From assembly GCF_036321535.1 (NCBI RefSeq), contig NC_087437.1:115010001-115074000 (forward strand): 64,000 bases of DNA. Direction: 5' to 3'. This stretch comes from Camelus dromedarius. Taxonomy: Eukaryota. Both the position numbers and the translations under genes were made by a program. The notes beneath the pieces are model-generated. The model did no database searches, was not told the origin of the DNA, and was given only the letters and a program-made list of their open reading frames with translations. Below are positions 1 to 59,045 of the stretch, in pieces. Numbering within the stretch: position 1 is the stretch's first letter; each line of letters begins with the position of its first letter.

Positions 1-107
1 CGATGGCCGGCGGCGGGGGTGCGAGGAGCTGAGGTTGCGCGCGCCCTCCCGGGCGCCCCGGCTTCCGGCTGGGCGCTGTTTACTGGTTTGCTTTATTCCC
101 CGTCCAG

Positions 108-34733
<34,626 letters not shown>

Positions 34734-36520
34734 CCCGCCCGGGCCGGACCGCGGGGTCCTGGGCCGACCCCGCCTCGCGCAGGGCTGCCTGCGGGGAGAA
34801 GCCATAGGCCAGCCTCTTCGGCTCCCACTTCGCCAAGTCCAGCCGAGTCAGGAGGGGCGAGCTGTATATGCACGATTTAAATTAATTTATACAGAGACAA
34901 CTATTTTAATAGAACTCTGCCGCCGACTTTAGATTTGTACCGTAGATGCCATAAACGCCGGTGTAGAGGACGGAGACACGGCGATGCTGGGGAGACGTGA
35001 CCGCCCGACCTTCGTTCTCCGAGAGCCAGGTTTTCCGAAAGGGGTAGCTGAGCGTCCCCGACGTCCCACGTGTGGCCTCCACTACTCTGTCTTTGGGGGG
35101 ACTTGGTTTCCTGGCGCCCCTTGCCTTGTCCCCGATGCTCGGTAACAGTCCCTCCGGGGGATTGAAGGAGCCCTCCGCTTTAAGGAGGAGAACCCGCGCT
35201 GATACAGCCAGCTATGCCGGCGGGTGGCCGGCCGGGAGACGGGAAGCCTCCGGTACTCAGAGCCCGTTTGGATTCTTCAGTCAAGGCTGAATGTGATGAT
35301 TGAAGCCCCGTGAATTTTGGACAACTCCGCTGTCTTTAAAAGTCATTCATAAGTCTCATTAAAAGTCGTTTTTATTTAACCCTTTCTTTAATACGAAAAT
35401 CAACAAGCCGAGACCAAGGGGGTGGACGTGGGTGTGCTCCACAAGGCACGAGCTCTTACTGCCTCCTAACCCCTGTGAACTCTTGATACCACCAAGAATA
35501 GCACCTTCAGAATATATGGAACAGGCATTAAATGCAAAAATCTATATAGCCAGATATTTTATGAGAATGACATGTGGATGATTGAGATGCCCAATGGATT
35601 GGCTGCCCCACCGAGTTTGATGACAAGGCAGAATCTCTCTGGCCCACACCTGCAATTCCCTAGGCTCGTGTTTGCTACAAGTAGTGCTAATAAAGTTAGT
35701 TAAATTGCATGTGCAATATGGAAAATTGTCAATGGACTGTGCCTCGTGGAAGAAAACATGCTAAAGGGATGTAATGAAAATGATGTATACATTGTCTTCA
35801 GCATTTTCTGCATTTTATACAGGGCAAGAAAACTCCCTATGAACATGTCATGTGTGTAACAGGTAAACAAATCTTTTTATAAAGCACCAGCAGTGTTTTT
35901 AAAATAAACTTCCATTAATTTCCATTTTATTTTTATACTTTGCTTCAAGATTTCACCATTTAAAAATCCTACAATGGCTCTGAAGTGGATCAGTGTATTG
36001 AACCAGCCACCATCTTTCAATCTGCTGCACACTGAACACTCCATCATTTTCTGCTTTTTCAAAGACGGTTTACTTTTAGGAAACTATACCCACCTTTCTG
36101 AGTGGAAAGGTTTTTCATAAATGTCTTTTAAGTGTCTGTTCTAGAATCAAAGTTCACCTATATCAGCTGTTCTCAAAATGTGAAATGATCTGTTGCCAAG
36201 CCAGTATCACTATGAGGACCTGCCTCGTCCCCTAACACGGTGTAAGTTTGCCTTACCTTACAATTTGCAAATTTAGGAACGTGTGTCTTGCAGTAAAGAG
36301 GCAGAGTCGTAAGAATTGAATGCATACACGTCTACGCTGCACTTAGCCATACGTCATGAGCAGCTTTTTGGGAGTGTGTGCACACAGAAACTAAGCCTGG
36401 GGTATTATTTTTATGCTGACAAGACCCGTAACTAAACCATGATTCCTGGACGGTGCAGGTTTGATGAACAAGAGGATATCCCCTGACATTTTCCAATAAA
36501 GTACCATAAAAGCTTTTGTG
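34734..36520 (+). other. SIM2: SIM2 3' UTR (approximate)
   Basis: Sequence after the TGA stop up to AATAAA at 36495-36500; the end point is inferred. Confidence 0.6.
36495..36500 (+). terminator. Candidate SIM2 polyadenylation signal AATAAA
   Basis: ttccAATAAAgtacc followed by a U/GU-rich tract (gcttttgtgttgaccttgtt), about 1.76 kb after the stop. Confidence 0.6.
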
Positions 36521-36966
36521 TTGACCTTGTTATTAGCCATTGGTTTGGGGGGGGGGGGTGCTGTACACAGTAAATACAAAGCATGAAGGCTTTCAGAGCA
36601 GTTTAAGATCAAAGGTTACTGTTAGGAAAGAAGACCGTTATAGATTTATAAATGATAACACAAATAGGCTTAACCATGAGTGTGTATGTACTTCAAAAAT
36701 AAAATGTGTACCAAGGAAAAACGTCCTTGCCTGAACAAACATCAGTCTTCATAGCCTAGAACATGGAGGAAGATTCCTATACAAGCTGGCTTCCGGGTGG
36801 CCAGCAGCTCCGTGCAAAGTTAACAGCGCAGTTACTATGGCAACCTAATATTGTTACCTCCACCTTTCAGTCTGCACGTTTAAGCTGGGGATCTCATTTC
36901 TTTCTTGACTTCTGTGAGGCTCTGTCCGAGGAAGAGGAAGCATTTTAATATATATGCCTTTCTTTC

Positions 36967-36984
36967 ACACACACACACACACAC
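36967..36984. repeat. (CA)n microsatellite
   Basis: Seen directly. Confidence 0.9.
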
Positions 36985-38059
36985 AAAAAATTGTAGTGAG
37001 TCCTAACATGTTGACAAAAATGCCAGATCAAATGGATTTGAGAAATAAGCCCAGTTTAAGATTGGCTTGGCCCTCCCTCCACTGGGCCTCCCAGGGAAAG
37101 GAATTCCTTTATGTTCACAGACGCCCTTTCTAGAAAAGCCATTCCATTCATACCTTTGTAGAGAAGTGAACAGGGTGTGAAGGGCTGCTCTGAGCAAATC
37201 GGCTGCCTCACCCCCACCCCTTTGGTCCTTTTAAGTCCTATGGGCCATGCCTTCCTGCCTTGGATCCTGCGGGTGGGAGAGGCTTACTCTTGTCAGTGGA
37301 TCCTGTATAAAGTCTACCCAAAGTGTAGCTGCTTGTAACCGTAAGACAGTTAAGGTAGACTGTGGGGGCTGCTACAGATAAAATGGAATAAAAGGAGCAT
37401 TTTCAAATAAATGCCATAAAATTGCAGTAGCTTAAAATTGTAGTGAATCGTAGCCTTTGGGTTATCTAAGATGCATTATTCAAGCTCTCCCTAAACTTAA
37501 GTATGAAATATAAAGTAAAAATCTTGGGGAAACACTGTCAAGACAAAAGTCAAGCAGTTTTCACAAAAGAGTAAGAATAATTTGACAAGAACAGTATCTG
37601 TTCTATTAAATTTGTTGTTACATTCAATTTATTTCCAAATTTTAAAATTTACATTATTATATTAATTTCTCACCTCAGTTGATTTTTGTTTTAAACTTTG
37701 GAGTTTTGCTAACTTCCATTCTTTGGAGTAATAAGATCTCTCTTTTGTATGACACATAATACATCTGTCAAAAATCCATCAAAAAAAAAGCTTAGTACTT
37801 AGAAATAAATAATATTCCTTACTATGTAAAACTATTTATTTTTAAAATGTTTAAATATGAATAAAAAAATACTGTAACCAAAAGTAGTTGCTTATTTTTA
37901 CAAATAAAAGGTGGTAAAAAAAATAACAGTGAATCCAAACTATATAGAAAGTCTTAAACTTTATTTTGGTAGACTTGCTTTTTATAGGCGTAGGTTTAAA
38001 GTCATTACTTTTCAGAGATGATACTTTGAAAAGCTAAAAATGCAAAGGTTTAACACTCT

Positions 38060-38065
38060 TTTATT
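38060..38065 (-). terminator. Candidate HLCS polyadenylation signal (AATAAA on minus strand)
   Basis: Minus strand ttgaAATAAAagagtgttaaacctttgc followed by U-rich atttttagcttttc, about 2.9 kb after the stop. Other candidates are at 38793-38798, 37628-37633 and 35371-35376. Confidence 0.45.
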
Positions 38066-39865
38066 TCAAATATGCATAGTAATTACCCAGGAATAACAAT
38101 TCTCCATTCTTTGCCAGTGAAGAGCAAACACATCTACAGAATGGGAGCCTAAAACGTCTCCCTTATGCGTACTGCAACTGCTGGGTGAGGCTGGCTTCTC
38201 TCCCGGTTCCAGGACCCTAGGGTGAGGGGTGACCACATAGTGCTCCCGTGTGTGTGCGGGGTGGGGGGTGAGGGTGGGAGGCTGCATGCAATCTCAGTCT
38301 GGGCCTGTGCTCCCACATCCGGCAGGCAGCGTGCCACAGCAGCAAACCCCACCAGACACAAATCCTTCTGACTTTGCTCCTACACTGTAAGTGCTGCTAG
38401 GATGACCAGTATGACCAGTGCTGGGAGGGTTGGGGGGGGGGGCACTGGAAGCCCAGCTATTGCTGTGTCCTATTTTAGGGGGCACTTCTCAAGAGTTCCC
38501 CTGAAATTTGTGACCAGCCCAGAGGGGAAGGTGTCTTGCCTTTTAACTTAACCTGATGGTTGCTCAGTGCACAGCCTCTGAACTGGGGCACAATACAAAT
38601 ATCCCAAAAGCACACACCAATCCTGAGTGTAGGTGCTGTGTTGTAAAGATTAAGAAGAAAATGCAACGTTTCCATTAAGACTTTAAAGCTCTTTGAGATC
38701 ATAGATTGCCAGTTCATTAACACCCCAAATTGATGAGTGCAGTGTAGCAAGTAGATACGTTTCCCTAATGCTAAAAATATAAGTAAAATGCCTTTATTCA
38801 GCTGTTCTATACGAAGCAGAATTTCCAAAGTCTTTGGTTCATTTGAGGCAAAATCAGGTTTATGAAAAATGCAGCATCTGCTCCAAGTCTACTTTGTCTC
38901 CCTGAAGACAACTGGGTGTGGGCACAAGTAAGAACAGTCTTAAAAACACAGAGGCAAAGCGATACGCCCGGAGCATCTCCATCTGCTTTGACATGGCCAC
39001 ACTTCATTAGTTTTAATTTACCAAAAGGAAATTAAATGATAACATTTCCCCCCACCCAAAGCAGGCTGTCTAGAATAGGACTTCAGCTTAAAACAAATCA
39101 GAGCATGTTTTTCATTAAATAACCCCCCAAAGAAATTCAAAAAGTAATGACGGCCGCTCTGAGAGATGACTTGCCCTATATTACAAAGTTTAAGAAATGA
39201 AACTTGCAGCATTAGCCTGAGATCTTTCTTCCGGATGATATTTTGCAGATGCCCTCTCCAGGGTGAGTCCATTTCGCAATTTTGGGGTGATACAGACTTT
39301 TATTTAAACTTAGATTTAGACGTGGGCATTTAGGAGAGCGTGGTTGTTTTTTTAAGAAGAATAATTCTAATTGAAGCCTTATTTGCAAAAATTGCTTCTG
39401 AAGTTCTTTTAAAGTTACATTTCCAAAACACACATATTGGGTTGGTGTACTTAACTAAACATGTTATTTTTTTCCTTCCTATGGGGCTGCCTGTGCCTGG
39501 CTAAAGGTAGACAGATTTTTATACTGAAAACCACACGTTTCTGGAGTTAGCCTGACTTGGGAAAGCTGGACAGAGGGTGCTGGTGTGCACTAAGGGGATT
39601 CTGTTCAAAGCTGAGAGCCTCATCAAGTTTTCTTTCCACTAATTTCATTTGGGATTGGCATGAAGAGAGACAAGAGGACAAAAATTGGCCTTTTTAGGCT
39701 GAAAAGCTACATGTACGATTCTCAAGTTCAACAGAGAAAGGAGTTTCATGGAGAAAGCATGGACTACATCTGGAAGCAGCACATGTATATCAAAAGGCTT
39801 CCTTTCTTTTGTTCTTCCACAGAGACTCTTAGGGCATCAGATTTTGAACATCTTCTTTTAAAGCT

Positions 39866-39890
39866 TCACACACACACACAAACACACACA
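39866..39890. repeat. Interrupted (CA)n microsatellite in HLCS 3' UTR
   Basis: cacacacacacacaaacacacaca seen directly. Confidence 0.85.
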
Positions 39891-40969
39891 TCTGTCCTCT
39901 TAACCGATGGTATTCAGTATCAATAACATTTTCTTTTTTGGCAATATAAGAAAAAGGGGGCAAAAAAAAAATGACTTACAAATAAAAATGCCATGTACTT
40001 CTATGTTCTGTGCCCTGCACAGGCCTGCAGGAATGCTCTGCATTTCAAAGCGAGCCTGAAGCTGGCTTAAAAGCTCCAAATCCTCTTTTGCGTGCAGTAT
40101 GAGAGCCAGACATCATCTCCAGCTGTTAGAGCCAAATCATCCCCCGTCACATCCAAGCAAGTGCCTAATCAACGCTTTAAGGATCTTGAACTTGATCCCA
40201 TCACTTCAGAATACCCAGTAAACTTAAACCTTACGAAAGGCAAGCTCATTAATTAATGTCAAGGTAATGAACTGATTTCTTCTGCAAGGTCCTTGCATCC
40301 GCCTCAACTCGGTGCATCTCTGGAGCCACTCAGACTCTGTTGTTGGGCCACAAGCCACCGCGCTGAGAACAGCTCTTAGAGGTCAACCTGCTCTTTTCTT
40401 CATTAACATAAAATAAAATGATGACTAAGTGCCAATCTGTGCTCCTGTTGGAAAATGCCTCCCTAGATGCTCGTAAACAGTGTTATCATACCTCAAACTC
40501 TGGCCCGAAAGCTTTTTTTTTTTTTTAATTTGTTTTTCACAGTTTAGGGGTAAAGATCTCCACTACTGGGAAAACATTTGAATTATCCCATTGCCATTGC
40601 TGTTTCCATGTAAAAACTTTTTGGTGGGGGGGGGGGCAATTAACATACATCCAAGTCCAAGAGGGGAGAACTATGTCACACCTATGGCAGGGCTTTTCCC
40701 TAAACTAAACCTTCACTTGTCAACCCTCCACCCAAACATCTTCAAACACCAAATAAAATGGCGACAGAACAAAATTAAAGAATTAACCGATTAATCAGAG
40801 GGAGAGAAAAATCGCCTGCAACTCTGCATTAGTTTTCCAGATCCACGGGCTAGGAAAGGTGGCAGAAATCAAACGGGAATGTTTCTGTGGTGGTTCTGCA
40901 CACGTGTCAGCCCCAGCCCGTCTCAGCAGCGGCCTGGGGAGGCCCCAGGCCTTGGCGCAGGCGCGGGGA

Positions 40970-51804
<10,835 letters not shown>

Positions 51805-54249
51805 CTGCAAACGGTGGGAAAGATTGGTCAGCCAGAACAGGGACACGACGTGAGAACCTACAGCTCAGGCACAGTGGGGGACACCATTTGCACTCATTTG
51901 TGCGTGTGGCAGTAGGGAAGGGCCACCTTCCGGGTTTCGAGGGATCCTGGCCCCAGGCCCAGCCTCTGTAGTGAGAATGGCAGAAGAGGGATGAAGAAAA
52001 CGCCACTTAATGCCAAAAAAGATGGGCGGGGGTGGACACACGTAACTGCCTGAGCTGTTACTCAGTTTATTTAAGACACTGTCAGATTCCACTTCTTTGC
52101 AATTTCCTATCAAATCCTTTCTCCCCCTTCTGAAGTGGTGTCCCTTCTTGAAGTGACAATTAGCAATTCCTGACATTTGTTTCTACTTACAGTGTGTTTC
52201 TGTCCGAACACGAGAACATAATCATAACAGAAGTTTCTGATTATTCAGAAAACTAATATGGTGGCCATAAAGCCGTTTAAAAGACACACTATCCCCTGAG
52301 AACTAATTATGTTTTAACTATAGTAAATAAATCTACACCTTCTGAGAACTCAGGAGAACCCTGGATCCTTTTAGGTTTGGGTTCTGCTTTTAAAATGGTT
52401 TTATTTAAAAGAATACAAACTTCCCTTTAGGGAACAGGTAGAAAAGTGTACTGTATCTCTACCAAACAAGTCAAAATTAACTTTTTTTTTCCACAAAAGG
52501 GAAAAAAAAAAAACCCTCACTCTGAGCTGAGAATTTCCGTCCAGCTCCTTTCTACATATTTCACTCCATGTCAGGAAGCTTTTCCTCTGCATTCCCAGGA
52601 GTTGCTGACCAGGTACTGAGCAGGCATCGTTCACAGTAGGATTTACTAAACAAAGCAAAAATCAGGTTTGCACACCATCAGTGCAGCTGCTGGGGCTTCT
52701 TTGAGACACATTTTTAGGGGAGGGAAGTGGCAAGGGCAGGGAGGACAGAGACATGGTATTTTGTACGAGCCAAGTTTCTAAGAATAGATTCCAGGGTCCC
52801 ACAGCACCGGGTGCCGAGGGGAAAGACCACACTGTGATAGTTCTTAATCCTCGCCTCCCGACTCAGGCAACCGGATGGAACTTAACAAACGGTAAGAAAA
52901 GAAAAATACTTAAACCCCGAAACTACACACAGCGCCTGTCCGTGCACACTGGCTGGCAGTCTCACAGGGCACAGGCCCGGTTAGGAGGAGCCAGAAGACC
53001 CCCTTGCTTGCTCAGAAGAGCCTGGCCACCTCGGGCAGGGGCTGGGCTGGTCTGACAGGCACAGGGCATTCCCGGGAGCAGGCAGCCCACTGTCTGTGTG
53101 CCAAGCCCACTTCCATCTCACATGAAATACAGCTCCAGAGGTATTTCTCTTGGACACCATGAATAACCCATTGAGATCGACTGTGCCTATACGCTGTCGG
53201 GCTCCAAGAATAAAGCGTCCTTTTCTTGCGTGGGACCAGCAGAAAATCCTAAGAAGGCATCTTTGTCCTTGAAGGGAGGTAACATTGTCATCTAGGAGCC
53301 TCTGATCACCAGGGAGACCCAGCGACCCTTCAACTGGGCTCCTAAGGCCGCAGGCTCTGGGGCGGGGGACCGACTTTTCTATGGGAAGCAGGGGATGACT
53401 TAGAACATTTTGAGCAGATTTTGAAGGCTCTCTCCACAGCAGGCAATTGAGGGTAGACAGTAGACGGTCATGTCTATAGCCAGTGATAATGATAGTGGAA
53501 TTAGGCGAGGGGAGGCAGGGAGGTTCAGAAACCGAATGCAGACTTCTAGAACAAAGAGAAATGATGAAGGGAACATATGCACTAAAGTGCTGGAGGTTTG
53601 GCAGCAGTTAACAGGGCATATTGATGAGAGAGGACTGAGTCTGTGCTGCTGAAGGCCAAGAGGAAATTCTGCGAGGAGGGAGACAACGGGGGAAGGAGGG
53701 AATGTTTAGTGTGAGACAAGTGGGGACCGCCAGATTTATTTGTGCTATCTGAGATAACTCTAGGGGCCAAACCACATGGCTCACGGTCAACAAAGAAGCA
53801 TTTACGAACTTTTGCAAAATGTAAATTTTACATCTCTGAAAATGAAATCGCTAGGTTGCTTCAGCAGAGACACCATAAATGCATTTCCATCCAGAGTTGA
53901 CAATGTTCTCACAAAAGGAGGAAAAGATAAAAAAGGAGGGGGCTACATAACTACCTCCCTGCCTCTGGGTTTTTTTCATTGTTGGCAAAGGCTGTTTAAT
54001 AAAAGGTTTCTGTGAGCGGCAGCCGCGTGCATGCTGCACTGTGTGCCGACGGGGCACCCAAGGAAAGTGCTCTGTTTTTGAACACTTCCCTTCAGTCTGA
54101 AACATCCGGAGCCCCAAAGGCTCATTTTGCAAACAGGACGGTGTCCTGACCACCTTGTTACAAAGGACATCAGAGTATCTACTGGGTGCTTTGCCAACCA
54201 GAACATCCCGAAGTTCATGTGGTCATTGGAATCAAGTTTCAATAATTAA

Positions 54250-55770
54250 AATTAACCTACACAGACCAGTGCAAGTTAAATTCTGAATGGACCCAAGTTT
54301 AAATTCAGACCCAGTCAATCCACTTTGGAGATTCGAACCTAAGGAAACTGTCAACATTCACTACAGTACTATAATAGAGAAAATTTGGAAATAACCAAAG
54401 AGTTCAGCAGGGGAATGGTTATGTGATGTGGTACATGAGGTTAATTTGTAGTCATTAAATATGATAGTTATGAAGACTGTGTTGCAAGAAATGCTTACAA
54501 TAGAATGTCATATTTAAAAAGCAGGATATAAAAATTACATACACTTTCATCCCCACTATGTAAAATTCATAGAAAAGGGAGATTCGACAAAACAGTAATT
54601 GTAGGTATAGGATATTTTTTATTTTCTTTATTTTTTAAAAAAATTTCTTTAAGATAACTGCTTCCTTTTCATTTTTAAATTATTTTGAAAAATTCTGGGG
54701 AAAGAAGCATGGTTTTAATCTTTAAGTATAATATTTGCAAATACTTCAAAGAACAGGACTAAAAGATCTGCTTTAAAAATAAGGTAACAGTTACCTGCAG
54801 CACCCATTTTACTATGATCATTGAGCAAGGCCTCATTTGATAAGTAATTAATGAGCAGAAATTGTTAAAACCAGTCTGTTCATATGCAATGAGAGCCTTA
54901 AAAGCTTTATGCCTTCTGACCCAGTGACTGAATTCTAACGAGTATTCAGACAAGGAAATAAAATAATTCAGGGACATAATTATTCATCACAGCATTATAC
55001 TATGAAAAAAATCATAAATAATACAAACATTCCATGATAGAGAAATGAAAAAAACCATAGTAGCACCACAAGAAAAAATATCATATAGGAAATAGCCATC
55101 GGACACTATTAGATGATTTAATGGGGATGGAAAACTTTATATACCGCATGATGCCGAAGATGTTTTAAAATATACTTTTAAAAATTGCTCGGAAATAGAC
55201 CAAAATTATAGCTGTGGTTATTTTGAGGAGTGTAATAATTGGAAAACTATAGGAAAGTACAAAGCAAAAAAGTTATTCAAAGAAGTCCTTCTTCTCATTA
55301 GAAATATGAATTCTTCTATTCTTTTTCCTCTTAAAAAAATACTACACACACACAAAATATATACATATATTTTTTACAAAATAAGTTTCTGATGATTGGA
55401 AAAATTGCTTATTTTGGAACTCTTAAAATAATGTCATAGATATTTAGTGATGGACATTTTTATTATGTTGATAATAAAAAAGAAAGGCTTAAAAACAGCA
55501 TCACAGTATGAGCCCATCTTTGTAAGCTGTGTCTGCCTATGTGCATTTATAGGCAAAAAGGACACCTATTAACAGTGCTTATCTCCAGAGGGTGGAGACA
55601 GAATTATATGATGATTTTAATTTCTTCGTTATGCTGTTCTTTGTAATTTCTGGGTGGGAAGATTTCAAGTGGTTTTTCTTTTCTTTATATTCTTCTGAAT
55701 TTTCCAGTATTTCTGTACTTGGAGTGCATTCATTTTATAATCAGGAAAAATGTTATTAAAGAAAAGATTT
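54250..55770 (+). mobile_element. Degraded old L1ME-type fragments
   Basis: AT-rich; gacccagtcaatccactttggag, ttctgacccagtgactgaattcta, cacagcattat and aattatatgatgatttt motifs of the L1ME 3' region. Confidence 0.5.
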
Positions 55771-58557
55771 ACTTAAATTCAGCTTTTTTTTTAACTAGGT
55801 TAAGCATACATCTGCAGCTCACTAGTGGGCGAACAGTCTCCTATTTCTGAGAGATCAGATTTGCAATGCAGGCCAACTTGTCTGAGCTTCACCACACTTG
55901 CTGTCTGAATCTTCTGTAACACACAACACACAAATGGGGATGCGTGTCCCTCACACTCGTTCCCTGGCAGGGCATGTGGCCTGTGCAAGGTTGCAGACTA
56001 CTGTCCATGCACAGACTGCCTCTGGGCTGGGGAGACAGCATGCCTGAGGCTACAACATCCTTGGGGTCTCCATCTCCATCCCTGGGGTCCCGAGGAAATT
56101 CATCAACTCGTGTTCTTCTCGGTGCACAGGCTGCTGCGCCTTTTCTTCGATGTCTTCTGTGTTCTGACTCTCCCTCTCCCCAGCCTTCAGAAAGGCACGT
56201 ATTCTCAGATAGTTTCCCCGTGCTGTCTATGTGAAAAAGAAACCTGATAAGAGGGGTAGGGAGGAAGGAGGAGGAGGAGGACCCAGGCAGTCACACTGAT
56301 GACTAACTACTTATTTTTTGATTTTTAAAAACTTTACTGGGAGATGAATCCTCACTGTTTATAACTGTTTACTTCTATGGCGTTCAAAGGAAACCGTGCT
56401 AAAGTTCATTTCAAAAACTATTTTTTCCTAAATGGGTTACATTGTGAACACCAACCATTGTATGTGGGCACAGCTTTTTAAAAAGTTAAAAAGCTAAAAT
56501 ATAAAGATATTTTATTTTTTAAAGAGCCTCACTCTAATAGTACAATCAAAAAAATTTTTTTAAGTTGCCTTCTATGCAAGAGTGCAGAGTATTGTTTTTC
56601 GAAAGAAAACAAGTACGGTTTTCTGCTTCCAACAACACATACAGTGGAGCGAGGCGGGTGGGAAGGCTCTGCAGTGCATGGGAATGTGGTCTGGGGTGGA
56701 AGATGCTGGACCTCTGACTGGTGACTTCTGAACAGAGAGCTAGGCATGTAGGGAGAAAGCTGAGGCAGACGGTCCCAAAGCAGCTGGGTACTATCCAGGG
56801 ACCCTGGGGGCTAACGTTCCTGGCAGGAGAGGAAAGGTTCCCGGGGGAACTTTAGAAACATCATGGTGGAGCCAACTCAGACAGGAAATGGGACAGACTG
56901 GGATTCAAACCCCAATGTTGGTGTGACCTAACAATGGGTAAGCATCTCTTCGGTCACCTAGGAAATGGAACACTTGGTGTAGAATCGGCAAGAATGAAGC
57001 ACAAAGGGATATACGAGGTGGGCTGGCCCAGGGCAGATCTGAACACTTACAGTCGGCGTTGCCAAATCTTCACTTCCAGATCTAGGGTCTCTGGACCCAC
57101 TTAGCAAAGCTATAAACAGTTGGTTCAACTAGCTGTTTGACTTTTTAAAGATATGACATTTTTTAGGTTATTGCTTACAAACAATTTTGGTCACTGATAC
57201 ACACAGGGACAACAGCTTTACTAATATATTCTTCCGTTATCTTCTGGATTTGACACTTAACGCTGTAACGACCTGTCATCGATCAGTCCTTTTGGAAAGC
57301 TGTTAAATAAGTAGGCATTAGATCATATTCCCTTACGTGTTTTGGTGTCTAACAGGGTGAGCATTTTAGTTAGAGGCACTGCTCAGAGGAGCACATCACA
57401 ACCTGCCCCCTTGGAGTCCCCTGGAGTAGAGGCCCCAGTTGTAATCCTGTTGAGTCAGCTGCTCTGTTTGACATGCCTGTTTAATTTCCATATCTCCCAG
57501 GGTACCAATCATCCATAGGTTGTCATCTAATCTTCCGCATTTCCAACATACACACATAACAGCATCACACGACTGCTAAATCATTTAACTGCTCACAGGG
57601 AGGGAGTCCTATGGATTCAGCTTTCAGAATGAGGCACCTTCCTAAGAAGTACATCAAGCATTTATTGACGTTCAGTCAAGATGAACACAAACCACCGTTG
57701 CTTACCCCGACACTGCACCATAAAAACTGGATGCCGGAGCACCACCGCCTACCTTAGACCAGTGCTGTTACAGTGTTCACGGATGGACAACTAAACTGTA
57801 GACTGAAATACTCATGGAACCCACAGCGACCTCTGAAGTCAAGCCTCCAAAATGGGCCTAATCCCAGATCCTCTGCATAATTAAACTTGCCACCACATAT
57901 GGAACCTAGACCATGTCCTAACCCCTCCACTAGGAGTCCCCAGATCACAGGATCTTCTCAACCCACTTCTCAGGCTCATCAGAATCCATCATCTTCAAAT
58001 GGGTGTGGAGGGGCCCCACCATGGAGCCGACACCATGGTTCAGCTACCCAACAGAGGGCCTTCGGTTTTGAAATGTGGCTGCCATTTCAGAAGATGGACA
58101 TTGACTTATCTTGACCATGTGGCAAGAAGACTTCTGGGAAGCATTTTCCTGAAGGCACTGTAGACGTTTCGACTTGGTCATCTGGAATTGATGTGGATTC
58201 TCTGCACAGTATGTCACACTTTACGTGCATTATCTCATCCAAACTCGGCAAGTCAGATGATGACACAGTCTTCGGAAGGTGAGGCCACAAATCAGGACTT
58301 CAAGTCAAGTTCTGGTTGGCTCCAAGGTCAATGATTATTTTGTTTTCCTTTATGTTTCTAACCTTTTACTTTAAAATCATATCAGATTTAAAAAAACTTG
58401 CAAGGATAGTACAAAAATTCTGTACATGCCCTTTACCCAGCACTCAGATTTCCCAAATGTTAACTTTTTACCACACAGGCTGCTCTATGTCTGTCTATCT
58501 GTTCATAATTTTTTTTCTGAACTATGTGAGAAGAAGTTGCAGCTATAATGTCTCTTT

Positions 58558-58727
58558 CTCTCTCATTCTCTCTCTCTCTCTTTTTTTCTTTTTGTATTTT
58601 TTTTGGCAGGGAAGTAATTAGGTTTTTTAATTTATCTATATTTTTTTTAAATGGAGGTTCTGAGCAGTGAACCCAAGACCTTATGCTTGCTAAGCACATG
58701 CTCTACCACTGAGCTATACCCTCCCCC
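58558..58727 (-). mobile_element. Vic-1-type SINE with 13-bp TSD
   Basis: Reverse complement ggggagggtatagctcagtggtagagcatgtgcttagc...; TSD ataatgtctcttt at 58545-58557 and 58733-58745. Confidence 0.88.
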
Positions 58728-58854
58728 TCTTCATAATGTCTCTTTATCCCTGTATACCTCAGTGTACCTTTCCTAAAAATTAAGGGTGTTGTTTTATCAG
58801 AGTACAATTTATCAAAATCAGGAACTTAACATTGAGACAACAGTTATCTCATCC

Positions 58855-59045
58855 GGGGGTCAGCAAACTTTTTCTGTAAAAGGCCAGATAGTAAATATTT
58901 CAGTGTATGTGAGTGATATGGTTTCTGTTGCAACTATTCAAACTCTGCTGTCCGAGTGCAAAAGCAACTGTGGACAACATGCAAATAAATAAATAAATGT
59001 GGCTGTGTTTTCAACAAAACTTGATAGACACAGGAATTTGAATTG
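58855..59045 (+). mobile_element. MER58A-like hAT-Charlie element
   Basis: ggggtcagcaaactttttctgtaaaaggccagatagtaaatatt matches the MER58 5' end. Confidence 0.8.

Noticed and set aside
54085-54105. Minus-strand MFQTEGK resembling HLCS exon peptide
   Set aside because: Only 7 codons with no fitting splice sites; the real exon is at 51737-51804. Treated as coincidence.
56900-58310. Complex-looking non-repetitive stretch in HLCS intron, considered as hidden exon or old element ORF
   Set aside because: No long ORF, no recognisable peptide, and no convincing paired splice sites.
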